DNA from: Candidatus Omnitrophota bacterium
GTDB lineage: Bacteria; Omnitrophota; Gorgyraeia; Tantalellales; Tantalellaceae
DNA length: 64,000 nucleotides
Assembly: GCA_049642065.1 (NCBI GenBank)
Contig: JBAROK010000099.1
Location: forward strand, 6,744 to 70,743
Direction of reading: 5' to 3'
The notes under the pieces are model-generated. The model did not search any database. It worked only from the letters and a program-made list of their open reading frames with translations, and had not been told where the DNA came from. This document shows, piece by piece, positions 57,536 through 64,000 of the stretch. The first letter of the stretch is position 1. Every line of letters starts with the position of its first letter. A program made the position numbers and the translations under genes.

Positions 57536-57976
57536 CTATTTCTTCTTTTTCCAGAGTTCCTGAGACTTTTGTTTTACCCGTTTCTCTATCTCAATAGCCA
57601 GGTTCTTACCCATGATCCGTTTACTCATAGCCTCACGTGCAGCATCTTCTACTACTTTTTTGGCGTCATTCACACTCTCGCCCATAGAGACCAGGTAACT
57701 CATGGAAAAAACCGAATCTGACAGGACCCTGCCGTCCAGACCCATTTTTTTGAGGTCAATAATGGCACCTTCTATATCTTTAGCACTTGCCCCGACATAC
57801 AACATATTCTTAGCGGAAACCTCTATGTTGCGTATCTCTATCTCTGTCAGTCCCTCGTCCAGGAATTTTTCCTCCATCTCCGGAAAAGATGCGTCTGTAT
57901 CAGCTCCCTCTTGGGCGCAAACCGGACTAGACAACAAACAAACTGAAACCGCAACAACAGCGAACAATCTTTTCAT
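57536..57976 (-). CDS. Hypothetical secreted protein, 146 aa
   Basis: A signal peptide (MKRLFAVVAVSVCLLSSPVCA) is followed by an acidic, Lys-rich tail. No family was recognised. Confidence 0.35.
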   Translation of the reverse strand: MKRLFAVVAVSVCLLSSPVCAQEGADTDASFPEMEEKFLDEGLTEIEIRNIEVSAKNMLYVGASAKDIEGAIIDLKKMGLDGRVLSDSVFSMSYLVSMGESVNDAKKVVEDAAREAMSKRIMGKNLAIEIEKRVKQKSQELWKKKK

Positions 57977-58001
57977 TCCTGGTCCTTTCGTATGAATAGG
58001 A

Positions 58002-58376
58002 TTATTTCACGAACATCAGCATTACACCGGTCGCAAAAACAACCACGCCCCAAACCCTGAAGAAAACAAGCGGTCTTTCCCCCCACCATTCGAATACTTT
58101 CTCGGAAGTTTTAGACGTCAAAAGCATTATCCCTCTTATGGCGATGACCATACCGATCACCCCGACTATCTTTGCCAGTATCCCCGGCGTTTTAAATACG
58201 CTCCCTATAAGAAGAAATCCGAAGACAAGAATAAATCCAAACACAATCCTTCTCATCTTTCTGTTTATTTTTTTTTGAAGACGTCTTTTAAGCATATCGG
58301 GTTTTAGTGCCCACAATATGCCGAGCAATATCCATATTATACCAAGCACTTTAGCGAACATCGTCGTCTCCTTCAT
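58002..58376 (-). CDS. Small integral membrane protein, 124 aa, with 3-4 TM helices
   Basis: Only hydrophobic helices and KR-rich loops are visible. No family was recognised. Confidence 0.4.
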   Translation of the reverse strand: MKETTMFAKVLGIIWILLGILWALKPDMLKRRLQKKINRKMRRIVFGFILVFGFLLIGSVFKTPGILAKIVGVIGMVIAIRGIMLLTSKTSEKVFEWWGERPLVFFRVWGVVVFATGVMLMFVK

Positions 58377-58989
58377 TAACTTCTTTATTCGCTTCTTCCG
58401 AGGATCCTCTACCGAATAAAAAAGCGAAAACTTTTTTCAAAAAACTGAACATAACCCTGAGGAACCATATGGAAAATATGATAAAAGATATGACAAGAAT
58501 AGTTGCTATAACAGGGTGTTTCATCATAAGCCAAAGCGCAACAAGAACCAACCCGTCTTCAGTCACACTTGCCGTTATGTTAGTGAACGGTTCCGGTGAA
58601 GTGTTTATCGCTACTCGTGTGGTAGCTTTCGTAAGATGAGAATCCAGAGCTACTGTGCCACCTATCATAGCAACAGCCATCTGCATCGCAGCAGCATTGT
58701 CGGAAGTCGCCATAAAAGCTATAGCAGCTCCCCCTACAGGCCTTATGAACGTATGCACCGAATCCCAGGCGGAATCCACTAGAGGTATCTTGTCGGCAAA
58801 GAATTCTACAATAAACAGAAGTACCGCGACTATAATAATAAGAGGGTGAGTGAGAATATCAAGACTGCCCGGAAGGTCAATAAGCCCTAGCCTGCCCGCT
58901 ATTCCGAGCCCGGCTACCGTAAGGTAAAGGTTTACTCCCGATGCCCAGGATCCGCCCAGCACTAAACCCAGACCGCTTAGAAAGTTCAT
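58351..58989 (-). CDS. DUF4126-like polytopic membrane protein
   Basis: MNFLSGLGLVLGGSWASGVNLYLTVAGLGIAGRLGLIDLPGSLDILTHPLIIIVAVLLFIVEFFADKIP resembles the DUF4126 pattern. Confidence 0.5.
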   Translation of the reverse strand: MNFLSGLGLVLGGSWASGVNLYLTVAGLGIAGRLGLIDLPGSLDILTHPLIIIVAVLLFIVEFFADKIPLVDSAWDSVHTFIRPVGGAAIAFMATSDNAAAMQMAVAMIGGTVALDSHLTKATTRVAINTSPEPFTNITASVTEDGLVLVALWLMMKHPVIATILVISFIIFSIWFLRVMFSFLKKVFAFLFGRGSSEEANKEVNEGDDDVR

Positions 58990-58992
58990 GTG

Positions 58993-59481
58993 CTAGTTCT
59001 TCTCCTGGTCCATCTCTTCTTCCATCTTGTCCAGTTCCGTCTTTATCGCAGTCATGGCCTTGATGGTCTGATCGAGCTTATTGCTAATATCGCGTGTCAT
59101 CTGGGCATCATCTTCATCTGATGTACCCGGTGTTTTAGCGTCATCTTCAGGAGCGGTTACTTCTTTGACTTTCCTCCAGGCCCTTAACATTCTTCTGACG
59201 GCAGCAACGGTTTTCGCGGCCCAGTTTGCTTCAGCATCTTCATCAGGAGTCTTTACTTTAGCAGCTTTCTCTTCGCTCTTTTTGTAATCTTCAAGTTCTT
59301 CTTTTATGACTTCCAGAACCTTTATTGTCGTATCGAGTTTTTTATCAACGTCTTTTGTCCAATCAACGTCTCCTGCCATAGTCGTATAGCTGCTTGTATT
59401 ACCCGGCACTTGCGCAGAGACCGGGCTTATCATAGCCAGGGTCATGCAAAAGATGATTATTACGTGTACTATCTTCATCAT
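58993..59481 (-). CDS. Secreted coiled-coil protein with an internal two-fold repeat
   Basis: After a signal peptide, the segment DKKLDTTIKVLEVIKEELEDYKK is echoed by SNKLDQTIKAMTAIKTELDKMEE. The protein is acidic and Lys-rich. Confidence 0.35.
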   Translation of the reverse strand: MMKIVHVIIIFCMTLAMISPVSAQVPGNTSSYTTMAGDVDWTKDVDKKLDTTIKVLEVIKEELEDYKKSEEKAAKVKTPDEDAEANWAAKTVAAVRRMLRAWRKVKEVTAPEDDAKTPGTSDEDDAQMTRDISNKLDQTIKAMTAIKTELDKMEEEMDQEKN

Positions 59482-59508
59482 TCTACCGTCCTTCTCCGGA
59501 GTGCTAAA

Positions 59509-59711
59509 CTAGTGTTGCTTAAGCTGATTAATCTGCTGCGCAGGCTGCTGGTCTTCCACCCCGCTCAAATAATACTTCAGCGCTTCCAGCCCTTTTTCCA
59601 GGTCCTTAATTATCTCCCCGAAAGACCCCCAGCCTGGCGAAACTCTTCTATGAACGAATGCACATCACTTATCGTTTTCTGCGCTTCGGCCCAATACGGA
59701 CATCTTCTCAT
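59509..59711 (-). pseudogene. Small ORF (about 70 aa) interrupted by a frameshift at a G5 (plus-strand C5) homopolymer
   Basis: The first frame reads MRRCPYWAEAQKTISDVHSFIEEFRQAGG and then stops. The next frame continues ...SFGEIIKDLEKGLEALKYYLSGVEDQQPAQQINQLKQH* with no start codon of its own. Adding one G in the run at 59626-59630 fuses the two frames. Confidence 0.25.
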
Positions 59712-59721
59712 TAGACTGCAC

Positions 59722-60207
59722 CTAGAACAGCTGTTTCATATAAAGCTTTTTACACTCTTTAGCCTGCTCTTTGGTTAGTATCGCTTTAAGATCAAGTATC
59801 CCTTTCGAAAGGATCTTATCCTTTTCTTTCTTAAGCTCATATTTCCTGTCCGTAAGCTTATTCAATATATCGGAACTCGGCTCGTCCTTCCACATTTCTT
59901 CGCTTAACTCTGCCTTGGTCATATCTATGCTGGTATCCTTGGATATAACCTCTTTTTTAACTTTGTACTTCAAGGCCTTAATATCATCTATCTGTTTGTC
60001 AGTAAGGTCCAGTTCTTCATGGTTTTTTAGAAGGAACATAACTTTCTTATAGAACTTGCCCTCAAGCCCTTTTTGATGCTCTCCACCCTTCATCATCTTA
60101 CATCCGCCGGACATCTCAGCATGACTAACGGGCGCCATAAAAAACACCATAACAACCGCCGATAGAACTATTGCTAAAACTCGTTTCCTCATGATCTCCT
60201 CCTTCAT
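59722..60207 (-). CDS. Spy/CpxP/ZraP-family periplasmic protein (LTXXQ motif protein)
   Basis: A signal peptide is followed by two LTxxQ motifs (LTDKQIDDIKAL and LTKEQAKECKKL) in a helical, Lys-rich, roughly 140-aa mature protein. Confidence 0.5.
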   Translation of the reverse strand: MKEEIMRKRVLAIVLSAVVMVFFMAPVSHAEMSGGCKMMKGGEHQKGLEGKFYKKVMFLLKNHEELDLTDKQIDDIKALKYKVKKEVISKDTSIDMTKAELSEEMWKDEPSSDILNKLTDRKYELKKEKDKILSKGILDLKAILTKEQAKECKKLYMKQLF

Positions 60208-60251
60208 TGAGTTACTATTAAATGATACAAGTAACAGTGACTAGATATAAT

Positions 60252-60280
60252 ATTATACGCTATTGAGGGTAGAGCGACAA
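60252..60280 (-). promoter_or_regulatory. Putative sigma-70 promoter of the Spy/CpxP-like gene
   Basis: On the minus strand the sequence is TTGTCG, 17 nt spacer, TATAAT. It lies about 60 nt upstream of the GGAGGAG ribosome-binding site. Confidence 0.4.
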
Positions 60281-60330
60281 GTTTTGAGCGGATTGTAATA
60301 CCATCTCGGAAGGTCACACACATAAATAAA

Positions 60331-60359
60331 AAACCGCGTTTCCAAAACGCGGTTTTTTT
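60331..60359. terminator. Bidirectional intrinsic terminator
   Basis: AAACCGCGTTT-cca-AAACGCGGTTT is a perfect 11-bp stem with poly-T on the plus strand and poly-A ahead of it, which becomes poly-U on the minus strand. Confidence 0.7.
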
Positions 60360-60567
60360 GCCTACTGCTGGTAGCTATGTAGGTGTATTATTTAACTCTT
60401 CTCTTCTGACCCACTATAAGTATAACATTTACTTATTAATAAGATATTAACTTGATATTAAATTTATATTAATTCTATGTTAACATTTAAGTGCTTATAA
60501 ATAAATAGCTTATGATTGTAGGTGGGTGTTACGTGCGGCTTTTTTGTAAAAGAAATAGTGGTCCCGG

Positions 60568-61272
60568 CTAGTCAGCATCCTCTTGCAGCCGGTAGCCGAC
60601 TCCCCTTACCATCTCTATAAGATCTCCAGCTTTTCCTAGCTTTTGCCGCAAATGTCTTATGTGGACATCAATTGTGCGATCCAAAACAACTTTCTCTGTC
60701 CCCCAAAGATGATGCAACAGTCTGTCCCGGCTGAAAACCTGACCCGGCCTTGAAGAAAGAAGCTGGAGTATCTTGAACTCAGTATGAGTAAGGGCTATTT
60801 TTTTATCTTCTATCTTAACCTGGTATCTTTTAAAGTCTATCTCCAGGAGACCACCTACCGTTATCTTCTTCTCTTCGCCCTGCTCTTCGGCCATATTAAG
60901 TATAGTTTTGACTTTAGCCAATAGAACATCCAAAGAATATGGTTTTATCAGATAATCCAAAGCACCCAGATCCAGCCCGAATATCTGGTCAGTATCTTTG
61001 TCCTGTCCCGAAAGGATGATGACAGGTATATTCGCGAATTGTTCAGTTTCCTTGAGGGTCTTACATATCTGGAAACCGTTCATGTCAGGAAGAACTACAT
61101 CAAGTATGATAAGATCCGGCCTTTGCGTATGCAAATACTTGAAGAGCGCTTCGGCAGTAGGAAACCCCTTTACATCAAAGCCTTCTTTTTCAAGAAAGTC
61201 AGATACCGTGTTTATGATATCCGGATCGTCGTCTACCAGCGCTATTACTTTACCTTTGAATTCCTCGCCCAT
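60568..61272 (-). CDS. OmpR/PhoB-family response regulator (receiver + winged-helix output) with no adjacent kinase
   Basis: The receiver is VIALVDDDPDI...LIILDVVLPDMNGFQ. The Trans_reg_C domain is LTHTEFKILQLLSSRPGQVFSRDRLLHHLWG...RTIDVHIRHLRQKLG. Confidence 0.85.
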   Translation of the reverse strand: MGEEFKGKVIALVDDDPDIINTVSDFLEKEGFDVKGFPTAEALFKYLHTQRPDLIILDVVLPDMNGFQICKTLKETEQFANIPVIILSGQDKDTDQIFGLDLGALDYLIKPYSLDVLLAKVKTILNMAEEQGEEKKITVGGLLEIDFKRYQVKIEDKKIALTHTEFKILQLLSSRPGQVFSRDRLLHHLWGTEKVVLDRTIDVHIRHLRQKLGKAGDLIEMVRGVGYRLQEDAD

Positions 61273-61344
61273 TCTTGATCCTCATTTATTGTCTTAATAT
61301 CCTAACAAGGTTAAGGTATTTTGGCAAGAAGGTTTTACGCATGC

Positions 61345-61953
61345 TTATAAATACGGTTCGATCGCCTCGTAAACCCTTTTAGCTATTATCTTATACCCTT
61401 CAGCATTAGGATGGATCTGATCGGATTTCAGTGAGGGATCCTGCAATATACCTTTCATTAAATATGGTATGAATATAGCTCCCTTTCGACGAGCCAGACG
61501 CTTTAGCTCCTTGTGATAGATATTATAAGCTCCCATAATGGCTCCGCCGCTTATATCACAAACTGCTACCATCGCACCCTCCCCTTGAACACGTGATACC
61601 ATCTGTTCCAGGTTATCCAGAGTCTCTTGCTGGGGAACTTTTTTGAAATAATCGTTCGCGCCAAACTCGATTATAACAAGGTAGGGGTCTCTTTCCAGTA
61701 CGTCTTCCTCAATCCGGTCCAGTCCCTCTTCAGTCGTTTCACCCGAGATACCCTCATTTATTACGTCTCTTTTGACCATCTCCCTCAGGTATGCCGGGTA
61801 ATCCCCTCCCTTTTTAGCTCCCTGTCCAAAAGTGATACTATCCCCAAAACAAATGATCTGCGTGCCTTGTGAATCAGCATTCTTGATAGAAGGCCCGCAT
61901 CCTGACAGAGAAAATGCTATCAGGACCAGTGCTATCAGAAAGAGTCTTTTCAT
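61345..61953 (-). CDS. SGNH/GDSL-family esterase (TesA-like), lipoprotein
   Basis: The lipobox is LSGC. The GDSL block is IICFGDSITFGQG. GANDYF and DQIHPN are consistent with the SGNH catalytic residues. Confidence 0.7.
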   Translation of the reverse strand: MKRLFLIALVLIAFSLSGCGPSIKNADSQGTQIICFGDSITFGQGAKKGGDYPAYLREMVKRDVINEGISGETTEEGLDRIEEDVLERDPYLVIIEFGANDYFKKVPQQETLDNLEQMVSRVQGEGAMVAVCDISGGAIMGAYNIYHKELKRLARRKGAIFIPYLMKGILQDPSLKSDQIHPNAEGYKIIAKRVYEAIEPYL

Positions 61954-61957
61954 GACT

Positions 61958-62785
61958 TTAATCGAGAACTTTCACGGTAAGAAACATCATTAGTTTACTA
62001 TACTCTTCCGAACCTTCCTCTATTGCGGGCAAATCCGCACGAGACAAGGTACGCCCCTCAATGCGCTGCCGGGATGTAGTAACCCCGCCGATTGCTATGG
62101 TATCACCATTATGAACAACAACCTGTGTAAGAATAGATTGTTCGTATATACTGTGATCTTCCTGGAATCTGCTCATCTCCGGCCGTATCTTAACGGCAAT
62201 GGAGCCGTCATCGTTCACCCTTGGCAAAACTACCAGGAAATTACCTGCAGACCTTGTAGTCGGCGGTGTATACACAGTCGCGTCACCGCTCCTTTGGATC
62301 GTTCCTCCAAAAAATTCCTCCTGGGCAACTTGAAGTGTAGCCGGCTGACCGCTAAGTGTTTTTATAGACATATCCGAACGGATACTTGAATCTTCGCTGG
62401 AAGTTAATAGATACCGTACCTCTTTGAATTTTTCCTCTGGTATGATTATCTGACCGGAACTTATCCCTATTTCCCCGAGGAACCTGCCGGAAACTTCAGC
62501 GATAATAACAGTTACCTCAAGCTGTTTTTTGGGAACGTCCAGTTTCTTGATAACACTTTCCATCTGCTTTATTTTGTGTGGGTAATCCACTACTATCAGC
62601 TTGTTAGTCGCGTCATGAAGGGTCACTTTACCTTCAGGGCTTTTAAGGTGTTCAAATACAGCGTACATAGACCTGGCGCTTCCGTGTTGTATATCAAACA
62701 CCCGCACTTCCAGGTCTTCCTTTGCTGAAAAGGCAGATGCCGAAAGAAGAGAAAAGATTATTATGAAGACTAGTAATATTTTCAT
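61958..62785 (-). CDS. Compact secretin-like outer-membrane protein (Secretin_N plus a short secretin C-domain)
   Basis: A signal peptide is followed by the Secretin_N-like segment VRVFDIQHGSARSMYAVFEHL...GKVTLHDATNKLIVVDYPHKIKQMESVIKKLDVP. The secretin-domain-like segments are LVVLPRVNDDGSIAVKIRPEMS, TQVVVHNGDTIAIGG and a C-terminal KLMMFLTVKVL. At 275 aa it is much shorter than GspD/PilQ. Confidence 0.5.
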   Translation of the reverse strand: MKILLVFIIIFSLLSASAFSAKEDLEVRVFDIQHGSARSMYAVFEHLKSPEGKVTLHDATNKLIVVDYPHKIKQMESVIKKLDVPKKQLEVTVIIAEVSGRFLGEIGISSGQIIIPEEKFKEVRYLLTSSEDSSIRSDMSIKTLSGQPATLQVAQEEFFGGTIQRSGDATVYTPPTTRSAGNFLVVLPRVNDDGSIAVKIRPEMSRFQEDHSIYEQSILTQVVVHNGDTIAIGGVTTSRQRIEGRTLSRADLPAIEEGSEEYSKLMMFLTVKVLD

Positions 62786-62796
62786 GAATGTAAAAG

Positions 62797-63948
62797 TTAT
62801 TCAGGCGACGCTAAGCTCAGTAAATTTACTATATCATCCTCGGTAAGTTGTTTAACCGCACCGGTCAACCCAAACTCAACAGTATTAACAGCAATATCCC
62901 TGATCTGGGGTCTTTTTACTCCAAGCTCAGCAAGTGTGGTAGGAGCTCCCCACTCTTTCAGTTTCGCTTTCATTGCGGATACTCCATCTTCTACACTTTC
63001 CGCATCCCATATATTCTTTGCCCAGCGTTTAAAAAACGCCGGATTTGCGTCTTGGCAATAAGTTATCCATGCTGGAAATACCACCCCAAGCCCCGCACCA
63101 TGAGCAACTTCGGGGTTTAACGCACTGATTCCATGTTCAATACCGTGTGAAGCCCAATCACCTCCACCCTGACCTGCTCCGCTTGTACCGTTAAGAGCCA
63201 GTGTAGCCGCCCACGCAAGGTTTGCCCTGCTTTCGTAATCGTCCGGTTTGGACTTAAGTTCATCTGTCATCTGCACAATCGTCCGGAACAGCGACTCGTC
63301 CAAAGCCAAGGTAGTTTCGGATCTGCCTCCTATAAAATAATATTCCATTATATGGCTCATGGCATCTAGCGCACCGTTAACCGTCTGATCCCAGGGCAGT
63401 GTTGTCTGTACCGAAGGATCCACTATGGACACTTTCGGATAAAGTGCCGGTCCGGCTATGTTCCATTTTTTATTCTCTTCTTCGTTGGTAAGCACAGCGT
63501 ACTGGTCCATTTCAGTTCCTGTAGCTGATATAGTAAGCACCGAATATACAGGCATGGCTTTTTCAACAAGCTGGTCTCTTGCCTCGAACGCCTGCCAGAC
63601 ATCGTCAATGCACATGCCAGTAGCAACTGCTTTACCGGAATCGATCACGCTCCCGCCTCCAACAGCCAGTATCGCATCTACTTTCTCTTTTTTGGCAAGA
63701 TCTATCATCTCCCGTACCTTAGAAAGAACAGGGTTTGGCTTAACTCCCCATGTTTCCACCCATTCAATGCCGATATCCTTAAGAGAGGCAACTGTCTGGT
63801 CATAAACACCGTTCTTCTTGATGCTACCGCCGCCGGCTATCAGTAAAACTTTTCTGGCTCCACCGGACTTGATCTCTTCGCCTATCCGTCCGATGGTATC
63901 CTTTCCGAATATAAGTTTGGTCGGGTTTAAAAAATCGAAATTATGCAT
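62797..63948 (-). CDS. Iron-containing (group III) alcohol dehydrogenase
   Basis: NPTKLIFGKDTIGRIGEEIK...VLLIAGGGSI...AVGGGSVIDSGKAVA and His-rich metal ligands (HIMEYY, ASHGIEHG) are present. Confidence 0.8.
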   Translation of the reverse strand: MHNFDFLNPTKLIFGKDTIGRIGEEIKSGGARKVLLIAGGGSIKKNGVYDQTVASLKDIGIEWVETWGVKPNPVLSKVREMIDLAKKEKVDAILAVGGGSVIDSGKAVATGMCIDDVWQAFEARDQLVEKAMPVYSVLTISATGTEMDQYAVLTNEEENKKWNIAGPALYPKVSIVDPSVQTTLPWDQTVNGALDAMSHIMEYYFIGGRSETTLALDESLFRTIVQMTDELKSKPDDYESRANLAWAATLALNGTSGAGQGGGDWASHGIEHGISALNPEVAHGAGLGVVFPAWITYCQDANPAFFKRWAKNIWDAESVEDGVSAMKAKLKEWGAPTTLAELGVKRPQIRDIAVNTVEFGLTGAVKQLTEDDIVNLLSLASPE

Positions 63949-64000
63949 AATGATTTTTCGCTTTTATTCTTCGGTTCCGTGCGGTCCAACATAAAACTTG

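Overview
This is a 64-kb stretch of bacterial chromosome, about 45% GC, with no confident taxonomic assignment. It is densely coding and almost entirely minus-strand. Only one short plus-strand operon (17.6-20.2 kb) is present. The content is mostly housekeeping: rpoD (partial), dnaG, a NIF3-like gene, cvpA, mtaB, rsmE, a secreted Memo-AMMECR1 fusion, tRNA-Ala, an HDAC-family deacylase, three small unknown genes, a tonB/exbD/exbB trio with a giant TPR protein, and uvrA. A two-component / c-di-GMP signalling island follows (XRE-cupin regulator, five receiver-only response regulators across the two operons, two histidine kinases, an HD-GYP protein and an excisionase-family HTH). Then come pgpA, pgsA, rimO, rodZ, ftsK, uppP, dut, pnp, rpsO, ribF, truB, a DHH phosphoesterase, rbfA, DUF503, and a large DHH-CBS-CCA-transferase fusion. 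Further on are xerD, an MBL hydrolase, a lipoprotein, a metallophosphoesterase, acyP, tRNA-Pro, and a riboflavin operon (ribE, ribD, a PHP phosphoesterase, nusB, ribH, ribBA) preceded by an FMN riboswitch. After that come groEL and groES with a CIRCE operator, coaX, birA, a TolC-MFP-RND efflux pump, a cluster of small envelope proteins, a Spy/CpxP-like protein, an orphan OmpR-family regulator, a GDSL esterase, a compact secretin-like protein and an iron-containing alcohol dehydrogenase. No CRISPR array, transposase or prophage was seen. The points most worth a second look are the PHP phosphatase inside the rib operon, the periplasmic Memo-AMMECR1 fusion, the small-gene trio next to the HDAC-family gene, a palindrome triplet upstream of the signalling operon, the orphan compact secretin, and an envelope-stress-like module with a frameshifted small ORF.
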